From NCBI GenBank assembly GCA_016781485.1, contig JADDQH010000001.1:2062-66061 (forward strand): 64,000 bases of DNA, read 5' to 3'. Each line of letters begins with the position of its first letter. The stretch's first letter is position 1. The notes under the pieces were generated by a model, which saw nothing but the letters and a program-made list of their open reading frames with translations, did no database searches and was not told the origin of the DNA. A program made the translations under genes and the position numbers. This document shows, in pieces, positions 34,628-43,473 of the stretch. The DNA is from Chloroflexota bacterium. GTDB lineage: Bacteria > Chloroflexota > Limnocylindria > Limnocylindrales > CSP1-4.

Positions 34628-36007
34628 ATGACCACGACCACGGCGACCATCCCGTCTCCTCGGGCGAACCTCCTCGCAGGTCACTGGCTCGACTATGGGC
34701 GAGACCCGCTCGGGTTCTTCACCCGCTGCGCGCGCGAGTACGGCGACTTCGTCCGCCTCCGGTTCGGGCCGACCCAGGCGCTGCTCGTCAGCGACCCCGC
34801 CGCGGTCGAGGAGGTGCTCGTGACGAAGAACCGGGCGTTCCGGAAGTCGCTGTCAGTAAGGCGCGTCCGGTCGGTCGTTGGAGACGGGCTGCTGACGATC
34901 GAAGGAGAGGAGTGGCTACGTCGGCGCCGCCTCTCGCAGCCAGCTTTCCATCGCGAACGGATCGAGGCGTACGGACGGATCATGGTCGAGCACACCGACC
35001 GGATGCTGGGCGGGTGGTCGGACGGACAGACGCGCGACGTCCACGCGGACATGATGGCGCTCACGCTCGGCATCGCGGCCAAAGCCCTCTTCGACGCCGA
35101 GGTCGCGGAGGATGTCGCGACCGTCGGCCGGTCCGGCGCCGAGCTCAGCCGCTACTTCGAGCGCCTGTACAGCGGACTCCGCTTCTTCGTGCCCGACTGG
35201 TTCCCCACGCCCGGCAACGTCCGACGGGCGGCCGCCGTCCGGAAGCTCGACGCGATCGTGTTCCGGATCATGGACGAGCATCGCAGGACCAGAGAGGACC
35301 GGGGAGACCTGCTCTCGATGCTCCTCTACGCGCAGGATGAGCACGGGCGACGGCTGACCGACGCGCAGCTGCGGGACGAGCTGATGACACTGATGCTCGC
35401 GGGCCACGAGACGACCGCGCTCGCCCTCTCCTGGGCGTCGTATCTCCTCGCACTGGATCCCGAGCGCAGTGCCCGCCTGGCGTCCGAGATCGAGGCCACC
35501 CTCGACGGTCGACCGCCATCCGCGGGCGACGTGCGCCGGCTCCCGTACACCGAAGGCGTCGTCCTTGAGTCGCTCCGGCTCTACCCGCCGGCGTACGCGC
35601 TCGGTCGAGAGGCGACGCACGACGTCGAGATCGGCGCGCATCGCATTCGGAAGGGGACGATCGTCCTCATCAGCCAGTGGGCGATGCACCGGGACGGGCG
35701 CTGGTTCGACGAACCCGACGCGTTCCGGCCGGAGCGATGGGCGGACGGCCTGGCGAAGCGGCTCCCGCGGGGCGTCTATCTGCCGTTCGGGGCGGGACCA
35801 AGGATGTGCATCGGCGCGTCGTTCGCGATGCTCGAGGCGGAGCTGCTCCTCGCGCGGATGGCGCAGTCGTTCACGATGACCCTCGTCCCTCGGCAGGACG
35901 TGACGCCGCAGCCCGTCACGCTCCGTCCGCGGCATGGCGTAAGGGTCGTGCTCACGGCTCGGGATCCGAACGCGGCGCGACGAGCCCGGTCGCCGGCGGC
36001 GGCGTGA
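34628..36007 (+). CDS. cytochrome P450
   Basis: ExxR (ESLRLYPP) and heme loop FGAGPRMCIGASFA. ATG 34628 in frame. Confidence 0.85.
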   Translation: MTTTTATIPSPRANLLAGHWLDYGRDPLGFFTRCAREYGDFVRLRFGPTQALLVSDPAAVEEVLVTKNRAFRKSLSVRRVRSVVGDGLLTIEGEEWLRRRRLSQPAFHRERIEAYGRIMVEHTDRMLGGWSDGQTRDVHADMMALTLGIAAKALFDAEVAEDVATVGRSGAELSRYFERLYSGLRFFVPDWFPTPGNVRRAAAVRKLDAIVFRIMDEHRRTREDRGDLLSMLLYAQDEHGRRLTDAQLRDELMTLMLAGHETTALALSWASYLLALDPERSARLASEIEATLDGRPPSAGDVRRLPYTEGVVLESLRLYPPAYALGREATHDVEIGAHRIRKGTIVLISQWAMHRDGRWFDEPDAFRPERWADGLAKRLPRGVYLPFGAGPRMCIGASFAMLEAELLLARMAQSFTMTLVPRQDVTPQPVTLRPRHGVRVVLTARDPNAARRARSPAAA

Positions 36008-36351
36008 CACCGGAACAGAGCGTCCCATTCGTCCAGGTCCAGGTCGCGATGCCTGACGACGTCTCAGCCCACGAGATATGCGACACGCTCGTCCGGGAGC
36101 GGCTCGCGGCGGCCGGGCAGATCCTGGGACCGATGCGCAGCAGCTACTGGTGGCGCGGAGAGTTCAGCGTCTCGCACGAGTGGCTGTGCGTGCTGATCCT
36201 TCCCGAGCTGCGATACCCCGAGCTCGAGCGGCGGATCGTCGAGCTCCATCCGTACGAGGTGCCCGAGATCGTCGCGCTGCCGTTCGTTCGAGGCAGTCCC
36301 GACTACCTGCGGTGGATCGCGGCAGAGACGGAGGTGGAGGGAGCGGGGTGA
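36004..36351 (+). CDS. cutA: divalent-cation tolerance protein CutA
   Basis: GTG overlaps the P450 stop (GTGA). HPYEVPEIVALPF...YLRWI. Confidence 0.8.
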   Translation: MTPEQSVPFVQVQVAMPDDVSAHEICDTLVRERLAAAGQILGPMRSSYWWRGEFSVSHEWLCVLILPELRYPELERRIVELHPYEVPEIVALPFVRGSPDYLRWIAAETEVEGAG

Positions 36352-36368
36352 CGGGTCGGTCTCACCCC
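36345..36368. terminator. stem-loop GGGGTGA-(10 nt)-TCACCCC between convergent cutA and SDR genes
   Basis: 7-bp perfect stem read directly. It includes the cutA stop codon. Confidence 0.35.
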
Positions 36369-36391
36369 GCTCCTCCTTGCCGCTGAAGGGG

Positions 36392-37297
36392 CTAGGGCAT
36401 CGGCGCGCCGCCGTGCACCCCGATCACCGTCCCCGTCACGTAGCTCGCCTCGGGTGAGGCGAGGAACACGTACGCGGGTGCCAGCTCGGCCGGCTGTCCG
36501 GCACGGCCCATCGGCGTCTGCTGCCCGAACTGCGATACCTGCTCCGCCGGCGCTGTCGCGGGGATGAGGGGCGTCCAGATCGGGCCGGGCGCAACGACGT
36601 TCACGCGGATGCCCTGCTGGGCCACGGACTGCGCGAGCGCTTTCGAGAAGGTGACGATCCCGCCCTTCGTCGTCGCGTACGCGAGCAGCGAGGCGGACGG
36701 GGTGTAGGCCTGCACCGACGATGTGTTGATGATCGACGCGCCGGGCTGCATGTGCGGGATGGCGGCCTTGCACAGGTAGAACGTGGAGGTGAGGTTCGTC
36801 CGCAGGATGCGCTCCCACTCCTCGGACGGGATCTCGGTGATCGACTCGCGCATCACCTGCCAGGCGGCGTTGTTGACGAGGATGTCGATCCGGCCGAGCT
36901 CGTCGACCGTCCGCTGGACCAGCGCCTGGCAGTGCGCCTCGTCGCCGATGTCGCCCGGCGCATCGATCGCGCGCCGTCCCTCCGCCTCGACGAGTCGCGC
37001 CGTCTCCCGTGCGTCGTCGTGCTCGTTCAGGTACGAGATGACGACGTCGGCGCCCTCACGCGCGAACGCGAGCGCGACCGCCCGACCGATCCCGCTGTCG
37101 GCGCCGGTGATGAGCGCTTTCAGGTCCTTGAGCCTGCCGTCGCCGATATACGACTCCTCGCCGTGATCCGGGCGTGGCTGCATCTGCTCGGAGCTTCCCG
37201 GAAGCTCCTGCTCCTGCCCGGGGTACGGCGGCTGCTCCCCCTGTCCGCGCGGATCCTCCAGCTGGATCGCCGAAGCTCCTTCCGGCGTCTGCGTCAT
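36392..37297 (-). CDS. SDR family oxidoreductase (general-stress YhdF-like)
   Basis: ATG 37297 with GGGAGGAG upstream. TGADSGIGRA, NNAA, YATTKGG. Gln/Pro-rich N-terminal tail. Confidence 0.85.
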   Translation of the reverse strand: MTQTPEGASAIQLEDPRGQGEQPPYPGQEQELPGSSEQMQPRPDHGEESYIGDGRLKDLKALITGADSGIGRAVALAFAREGADVVISYLNEHDDARETARLVEAEGRRAIDAPGDIGDEAHCQALVQRTVDELGRIDILVNNAAWQVMRESITEIPSEEWERILRTNLTSTFYLCKAAIPHMQPGASIINTSSVQAYTPSASLLAYATTKGGIVTFSKALAQSVAQQGIRVNVVAPGPIWTPLIPATAPAEQVSQFGQQTPMGRAGQPAELAPAYVFLASPEASYVTGTVIGVHGGAPMP

Positions 37298-37614
37298 GGT
37301 CTCCTCCCTTGGGTGTTCCTGTGCGTCCTGGTGCCGAGCGGGCCGCGCGGGGTGGGCACCGCGGGTCGCAACGAACAGCGTCGCGGAAGATCCCCGACGC
37401 GCGCATCGGCGCACGAGGAGGGCGAGTATCCCGAGGGTTTCACGAGATGTCGCACGGTCAACCAGTGGCCGTACCGACGTGCAGGTGGCCGGAGACCGAG
37501 TCATACGCGGCTGTTAGGCGGCTGAGAGCCGAACACGGAGGGCCGATGTCGGACTCCCGTCGCCGCTCCGGCTAGCGTGACAGGCTCCGAGCGCCGACCC
37601 AGAGAGGTAGAGGG

Positions 37615-38703
37615 ATGACGAACGACACGAACGGGCTGAGCGACGCACTCCGGAGGCTGGCGAAGATCGAGGCCGGCGACGTACCGGTGCTGAGCGCGTA
37701 TCTCGACCTGCGTCCGCACGCCGTCGGGAACCCGGCCGTCCGGACCGGGCAGCTCGTGCTGCGCGACCGGCTGCGTGAGATCGAGCGGAAGCTCAAGGAG
37801 CACACGCCGGAGCACCGATCACTGCAGGCGGACGCCGAGTGGGTCGAAGCCAGGATCGAGGAGGCGCTGCCCGAGGTCCAGGGGCTCGCCGCCTTCGCCT
37901 GCAGTGCGCAGGAGCTCTATGAGGCCGTCGAGCTACCGGTCGCGGTCGAGTCGGAGGTCGCGCACGCTCCCCTGCCGTACCTGCTCCCCCTGGCGCGCCT
38001 CGCCGACCAACGACCCGCGCTCCTCGCGCTCTATGCCTCCAACACCCTGCGCCTGTTCCTGGTCCAGGCCGGCAACCTCAAGGAGCTGCCCGGTCACGAC
38101 GCGCCGGCCGAGGAGTTCGGCGACCACCTGGGCGTGCTGGAGAACCGGGTGGGCGAGCGGAAGACCGAGTTCGGTCGCGAGGCGTCGGACGTGATCGAGC
38201 GGACGATCGCACGGCACTCCCCGGCGTGGCTGATCCTGTGGGCCGACGAGGTCTCGCTTCCGTACCTCCGGGACAAGCTGTCCAAGCGGGCGGCTGGATT
38301 GCTGCGAGAGACCTCGATGAGCCTGGTCATCCGAGCGAGCTACGACGAGATCCTGGCCGAGGTGACGCCGGTGATCGAGCGGCTCCGTCGGGAGGACGCC
38401 CAGTCGTCGGCGGACGACCTCGTGGGCGAGGTCGCCGAACGAGATCTGGGCGTTGCCGGCGTGGAGGAGACGCGGCGCGCCCTCGAGTTCGGGCAGGGTC
38501 TCGAGCTGGTCATCGACGAGCGCGCGCAGCTCCCCGAAGAGGAGCTTGCCTCGCTCGTGCGCCTCGCTGCGAGCACCGACGTCCGGATCCGGTTCATCGA
38601 TGGGCACGAGGGGCTGCTGTCGCTGGGTGGAGTCGGCGCGCTCCTTCGGTTCCGCATCGACGAGCAGCCCCTGACGAGCCCCGACACGGCTGTACCGGCC
38701 TAG
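37615..38703 (+). CDS. eRF1/Pelota-like (baeRF, Rv2629-like) protein
   Basis: N-terminal VLSAYLDLRP, central AFACSAQELYEAVELP, C-terminal eRF1-domain-3-like end (GVEETRRALEFGQ...LSLGGVGALLRF). No GGQ motif seen. Recognised from memory of the family. Confidence 0.55.
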   Translation: MTNDTNGLSDALRRLAKIEAGDVPVLSAYLDLRPHAVGNPAVRTGQLVLRDRLREIERKLKEHTPEHRSLQADAEWVEARIEEALPEVQGLAAFACSAQELYEAVELPVAVESEVAHAPLPYLLPLARLADQRPALLALYASNTLRLFLVQAGNLKELPGHDAPAEEFGDHLGVLENRVGERKTEFGREASDVIERTIARHSPAWLILWADEVSLPYLRDKLSKRAAGLLRETSMSLVIRASYDEILAEVTPVIERLRREDAQSSADDLVGEVAERDLGVAGVEETRRALEFGQGLELVIDERAQLPEEELASLVRLAASTDVRIRFIDGHEGLLSLGGVGALLRFRIDEQPLTSPDTAVPA

Positions 38704-38733
38704 AGCGGCACCGCCCCGCAAGGCTCGGCGGTC

Positions 38734-38958
38734 CTAGGTCGTGACCGACCTGCGTTCCGCGCGCCTCGCAGCCCACGACGAAACGAGGAACCAGACCGCC
38801 CCGAGGACGATGATCCCTACCTCGAGCAGCTTCGAGATCAGCCCCTGCCGGTACGGCTCCGCGTACAGGATCTCGCCAAGGTGGTCGAGCGTGGCGGCGA
38901 GGAACCACAGCAGGCCGAGGACCGCGTTGGCGACGAATGCCGCTCGATACCCGCGCAA
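38734..38958 (-). CDS. small membrane protein; coding signal appears to extend upstream to about 39123
   Basis: The track ORF starts at TTG 38958 (2 TM). The same frame upstream encodes two more TM helices but has no ATG/GTG/TTG; a CTG lies at 39123. Confidence 0.5.
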   Translation of the reverse strand: MRGYRAAFVANAVLGLLWFLAATLDHLGEILYAEPYRQGLISKLLEVGIIVLGAVWFLVSSWAARRAERRSVTT

Positions 38959-39166
38959 CGCCCCGAGCCCAGCCAGCAGCTGAGCCGTGTACGCGACCGA
39001 AGCGAGGAAGGCAGCCGGGAGGAGATCGAGCCCGTAGCGTCCCGGGACGCCGTACGCGAAGTCCTCGACCAGGTGCGTCAGCGTGAACGGGATCGTGAGC
39101 GCGGAGACCGCGCAGACGATCAGCGAAGGAGCGGGTACTCCCCCTGGCCGGGCAGGGTCGCGGATG

Positions 39167-39433
39167 TCAGGCGTTCGGGACGTTGGGGAGGTGCATCCCC
39201 TCGTGGTGCGGGAGTCTTCCGCCCGACTCGACCGCCCCGCCGGTTCCCGGGTTCGCCATGTCCTTCGCGCCCGCGACGCCGTGGTCGACGGTACCCGGGT
39301 CGGTCGGGGTGTCCTGCGCGCCGCCGAGACCCGCAGCCGCCGCCTGGTTCTCCGCCTCCGTCAGCAGGTTGTCCTGACGCTGCTCGCCCTGATCACGGCG
39401 ATGTTCCTGAGCTCGTCGCTCGTCCCTGTTCAT
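39167..39433 (-). CDS. hydrophilic hypothetical protein (88 aa)
   Basis: ATG with GAGAGGAG upstream. Charged, Gly/Ala-rich. No family recognised. Confidence 0.5.
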   Translation of the reverse strand: MNRDERRAQEHRRDQGEQRQDNLLTEAENQAAAAGLGGAQDTPTDPGTVDHGVAGAKDMANPGTGGAVESGGRLPHHEGMHLPNVPNA

Positions 39434-39627
39434 GTATCTCTGGCTCCTCTCAGCAGTCGCTCACCCACCTAGCCTACGGCAGCGGGTCTGCGGGGTCTGC
39501 GGCAGGGGCGTCGTGGTGGGTGAGGGCTCGCCCGGAGGGGCGGTGTCCCCGGCGCCGACCGGCCGTCAGGAGGAGCAGCACCGGGAACTCCGCACGGCAC
39601 CCTCCCGCCGTCCCGCTGGGTGTGCTG

Positions 39628-40662
39628 CTAGCTGATTCCCTCGGATCCGGCCGAGCCCCGCGAGCGGAGCCACGCGAGTCCGACGACTGCGGACGCCGCG
39701 CCGGCGACACCGGCTGCAGCGAATCTTCCGCGCCCCGCGATCCCTGCCCACCGACCGGGCACACGCGATCCCTTCCAGCCACCGCTCGTCTCGGTGCCCT
39801 CGGCCATCGGCTGGAACACGTTGCCCGGCGTATTCGGCGCCGGGGCGTCCTGGAAGTGGTCCATGTCGACCTGCCGCGCATACATCTGCTCGTAGAGCCG
39901 AGGCGACAGACGCCGCGTGAGGGTGAGCATCACCCCCACGTTCCCCACGAACATCTCCCGCCGCGGGTTCTCCGCGCACGCGACGATCGCCCTCGCGACG
40001 TCCTCCGGTGCGTACGTGGGGTTGAGCGGCTTCGGCGCGCGGCCGGTGTAGTTCGCGGCGTGCTGGTAGAAGGGCGTGTCGATCGCGGCGGGGAGGATCG
40101 TGCTCACCTTGATGTCGCGGTCGCCCGAGAGCAGCAGCTCCTGGCGCAGCGCCTCGCCGAACCCGACGATCGCGAACTTCGAGGTCGAGTACGTGCTGAG
40201 GTAGGGCGCGCCCACCTTGCCTGTCACCGAGGCGTTGTTGATGAGGACGCCTTCCCCCGCCCGTCGAAAGTGCGGAAGTGCCGCTCGTGCCCCGTGCATG
40301 TAGCCGAACAGGTTCGTTTCGATCACCTGCCTGATGGCGTCCATCGGCGTGTCCTCGAACCGCCCGAACACCGTCACCGCCGCGTTGTTCACCCACACGT
40401 CCAGCCGTCCGAACCGGTCCACGGCCGCGGCGGCCAGCGCCTCCACGGCGGCGAGGTCGCGCACGTCCGTGGGCACCGCGATCGCCTGCGCACCTGCGCC
40501 CTGACACTCCCCGACGAGCGACTCAAGCGGCTCCTCTCGCCGGGCGGCGACGACGACGTTCGCCCCTCGCCGCGCGAACTCGAGCGCAGTCGCACGTCCG
40601 ATGCCGCTCGAGGCGCCGGTGATGACGACGACCGAGCCTTCGATCTTCCTGCTCATGACCAA
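39628..40662 (-). CDS. SDR family oxidoreductase with C-terminal membrane anchor
   Basis: TGASSGIGRA, NNAA, YSTSKFA. C-terminal hydrophobic segment (AAAGVAGAASAVVGLAWL). Confidence 0.8.
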   Translation of the reverse strand: MVMSRKIEGSVVVITGASSGIGRATALEFARRGANVVVAARREEPLESLVGECQGAGAQAIAVPTDVRDLAAVEALAAAAVDRFGRLDVWVNNAAVTVFGRFEDTPMDAIRQVIETNLFGYMHGARAALPHFRRAGEGVLINNASVTGKVGAPYLSTYSTSKFAIVGFGEALRQELLLSGDRDIKVSTILPAAIDTPFYQHAANYTGRAPKPLNPTYAPEDVARAIVACAENPRREMFVGNVGVMLTLTRRLSPRLYEQMYARQVDMDHFQDAPAPNTPGNVFQPMAEGTETSGGWKGSRVPGRWAGIAGRGRFAAAGVAGAASAVVGLAWLRSRGSAGSEGIS

Positions 40663-40789
40663 CCCCTTCCGGTCTCTTGTTCGCCCTGCTCAGCGGCGCC
40701 GAACGTGGAACAGCAAGGTAGACCCGGCGGCGACAGGCCCCCGACGGCCGGCCGTCGCGAGCGCCTTTCGGGGCCCTTGCAAAGCTGGA

Positions 40790-42463
40790 TCAGTGAGGCG
40801 CGCGCGCTCCGTCGTCCTCCGCCACGAACCCCTCGACGATCGCCGCGAGCTGGTCCGCCGCGGAGTAGTTCACGGCATGCGCGCCCCGCGGGATCTCGGC
40901 CAGGCGTCCGCGGGGAAGGAGCGCGGCAGCCTCAGCGGCCCAGCGCCGAGGGACGATCGGGTCCCAGTCGCCACGGACGACGAGCGTCGGAGCGGCGATC
41001 CGCGGCAGCTTCGTCTCGATCCTGTCGCGCAGCGCGTACCTCAGCGTGACGAGCGCGCGGCGCGGACCCGCCAGTACATAGTCCGGGACGTGGAGTAGCC
41101 ACAGGAGGAGGTTCTCGCGTGGCGCGTCGAGGACAAGCCGCCCGATGTGTCGGAGCAGGCCGGCTTGGGGATCGAACGTGGGTCCCACGAGTACGACGCG
41201 GTCGACTCGATCGGGATGCCTGACCGCGAGATCGGCGACGACCTGACAGCCGAACGAGTTCCCCAGCAGGACCGCGCGCTCGATCCCCACGGTATCCATG
41301 AAGCGGACGACGACACCGGCGAGTTCCCGGACATCGAGCACATGATCGGGCTTCGAGCTCCAGCCGAACCCGGGCAGATCTGGCGCGTATACCCGGTATC
41401 GGCGCACGAGGCGGACTGCGGTGGGGACCATGTAGCGGCTCGAGATGACGAACCCGTGGACGAGGATGAAGACGGGACCGGGGGACGCGGGCGGGTGACG
41501 TCCCGTTCGAACGTGGATCGAGAGCCCGTCGACCGAAACGTAGCGCTTGATGAGCCGCTCCTGCCGCTCCCGCAGCTCGTCGACCGCCCCGACCGCGAAA
41601 CGCGCAGGCTGTGCCGCAGCTCTGCGGAGGGGAGCCGATGCGGCAGAGGCGATGTCCGCCACCTGCTGGACCGCCGTGGACGGACCGGACGAGATGGACT
41701 CGATGGCGGACGCTCCGACCGGATCCGGTGAGGTCAGGAAGCCCAGGACGATCCGGTCGAAGTCCTCCGAGCGCTCCCACATCGGGTTGTGGCCGGCTCG
41801 CTCGATGACCTCGAAGCGGGCGTTCCGCACTCGGCCGGCCAGCCGCGCACCGATCTCGACGGGGATGAGCGGGTCGTGCGAGCCCCAGACGACGAGCGTC
41901 GGCGCCTCGATCCTGCCGAGCTTCCTGGTCAGATCGGAGGCGAGGATCTGGCGGGCAGCACGCATCAGCGGGATCGGTCCGGCTCGAAGCGAATCCCACG
42001 CTGCGACGAGAAGGAAGCGGGGCGGCATGTAAGGGACCGCCCGGAGCACGTTCAGCAGATGTCGCGGGTACCGCCAGTGGAATGGCAGCGCCGCGGCGTC
42101 GACGAGCACGAGCCGGTCGACGCGGTCCGGGTGGTCGGCGGCGAGCTCGCCTACGACGTAGCCCCCCATCGAGTGGCCGATGAAGCTCGCCCGCTCGATG
42201 CCCAGGTGATCCATCCACCGCACCAGATACCCCGAGGCGGCGTCGAGGAGGAATTCCTGATGGCCGCTGGACCCGAACCCGACGAGGTCGACGATATAGA
42301 CGGTGAACCGGCGTGTGAGGGCGCGAAGGTTGTGACGCCACCACCTGCCGGATCCGGCCAGACCGTGGACGAGGACGAGCGGGGGACCCGTCCCGACGCG
42401 CTGGTAGGAGATCCGGACGGAGTCGATCTGCAGGACATCCCGGACGGGGCGGCCTACCGCCAT
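40790..42463 (-). CDS. tandem fusion of two alpha/beta-hydrolase domains (557 aa)
   Basis: Domain 1: LVLVHGLAGS...GHSMGG...GHNPMWE. Domain 2: ILVHGFVISS...GNSFGC...GAHAVNY. Joined by an Ala/Ser linker. ATG 42463 in frame. Confidence 0.8.
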   Translation of the reverse strand: MAVGRPVRDVLQIDSVRISYQRVGTGPPLVLVHGLAGSGRWWRHNLRALTRRFTVYIVDLVGFGSSGHQEFLLDAASGYLVRWMDHLGIERASFIGHSMGGYVVGELAADHPDRVDRLVLVDAAALPFHWRYPRHLLNVLRAVPYMPPRFLLVAAWDSLRAGPIPLMRAARQILASDLTRKLGRIEAPTLVVWGSHDPLIPVEIGARLAGRVRNARFEVIERAGHNPMWERSEDFDRIVLGFLTSPDPVGASAIESISSGPSTAVQQVADIASAASAPLRRAAAQPARFAVGAVDELRERQERLIKRYVSVDGLSIHVRTGRHPPASPGPVFILVHGFVISSRYMVPTAVRLVRRYRVYAPDLPGFGWSSKPDHVLDVRELAGVVVRFMDTVGIERAVLLGNSFGCQVVADLAVRHPDRVDRVVLVGPTFDPQAGLLRHIGRLVLDAPRENLLLWLLHVPDYVLAGPRRALVTLRYALRDRIETKLPRIAAPTLVVRGDWDPIVPRRWAAEAAALLPRGRLAEIPRGAHAVNYSAADQLAAIVEGFVAEDDGARAPH

Positions 42464-42615
42464 GGCATCCTCCCTGACCGTGTAGCAGATCTCGACAGTA
42501 GCTGCCGACGACGTGAGTCGCACTCCCACCACGGACGCCGTCGTAGCGCATGGCTCACAGAAGACGCGGCGGAGGCGGCCGAGAACGCGGCTGCCGGCTT
42601 CAGCTGGAGGAACGG

Positions 42616-43458
42616 ATGCTCGAGAGGTTCCGCACGCTTGCCGGAGGACTCGATCACCCAGAGGGGGTGGCATGGAGCCCACGAAGCGGCCGGGTCTACG
42701 CGGGTGGCGAGGCCGGGCAGATCTATGCGGTGGAGCTCGACGGGAAGGTCGCGCAGATCGCGGACACGGGCGGGTTCATCCTCGGGCTGGCGGTCGACGG
42801 GGACGATCGCATCTACGCGTGCGACGTGGGGAAGGGACAGATCGTCCGGGTCGATCCAAGGGACGGCTCGGCGGAGCCATACGCGATCGGCGAACCGGGG
42901 CGGCCGATGGTGGCGCCGAACTGGCCCGCCTTCGACTCGCACGGGAACCTCTACGTCACCGACTCGGGGAACTGGAACCGGCGGGACGGCTTCATCTGGC
43001 GCGTCGAGTCCGATGGAACAGCGACGGTCTGGTCGACCGCAACGGACCGGCTCCCGAACGGATGCTGCCTGAGCCTCGAGGGTGATGCGCTGTTCGTTGT
43101 CGAGACGAACCTCCCCGGCGTGTCACGGATCCCGATCCGAGCGGACGGTTCCGCGGGCACCCGTTCAGTGTTGGTCGAGCTCCCGGCGACCGTTCCCGAC
43201 GGCGTCGCGATCGCCGCCGACGGCACTCTCCTTGTCTCGTGTTACCGGCCCGACCGCATCTATCGCGTCCGGCTCGACGGGCATGCCGAGATCCTGGTGG
43301 AGGACCCCGAAGGGCAGATCCTCGGCGCGCCGACCAACGTCGCGTTCGTCGGCGAGGGTCTCGACCGCCTGGTGACCGCCAACCTCGGGCGCTGGCACCT
43401 CGCCATCGGCGACGTGGCTCTCGTCGGCGCCCCGCTCGGATATCCCGCGATCGGGTGA
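42616..43458 (+). CDS. SMP-30/gluconolactonase/LRE-like six-bladed beta-propeller
   Basis: ATG with GGAGG upstream. Repeated blade pattern (PEGVAW, LGLAVD, LYVTDSGN, PNGCCLS, PDGVAIA). Confidence 0.7.
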   Translation: MLERFRTLAGGLDHPEGVAWSPRSGRVYAGGEAGQIYAVELDGKVAQIADTGGFILGLAVDGDDRIYACDVGKGQIVRVDPRDGSAEPYAIGEPGRPMVAPNWPAFDSHGNLYVTDSGNWNRRDGFIWRVESDGTATVWSTATDRLPNGCCLSLEGDALFVVETNLPGVSRIPIRADGSAGTRSVLVELPATVPDGVAIAADGTLLVSCYRPDRIYRVRLDGHAEILVEDPEGQILGAPTNVAFVGEGLDRLVTANLGRWHLAIGDVALVGAPLGYPAIG

Positions 43459-43473
43459 TGCCGCCGCGGCGGC

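Noticed and set aside
37298-37614. DosR-type box or small ORF in the SDR / eRF1-like divergent region
   Set aside because: No match to the GGGAC-n-GTCCC palindrome was seen. The only ORF there (tail of 37174..37575) has low GC3.
39484-39501. Direct repeat GGGTCTGCG x2, considered as a possible CRISPR or repeat array
   Set aside because: Only two 9-bp copies, with no spacers and no further units.
38881-41049. 722-aa plus-strand ORF
   Set aside because: Antisense to the membrane protein, the 88-aa gene, the SDR and the hydrolase genes. Low-complexity Arg/Pro/Ser sequence.
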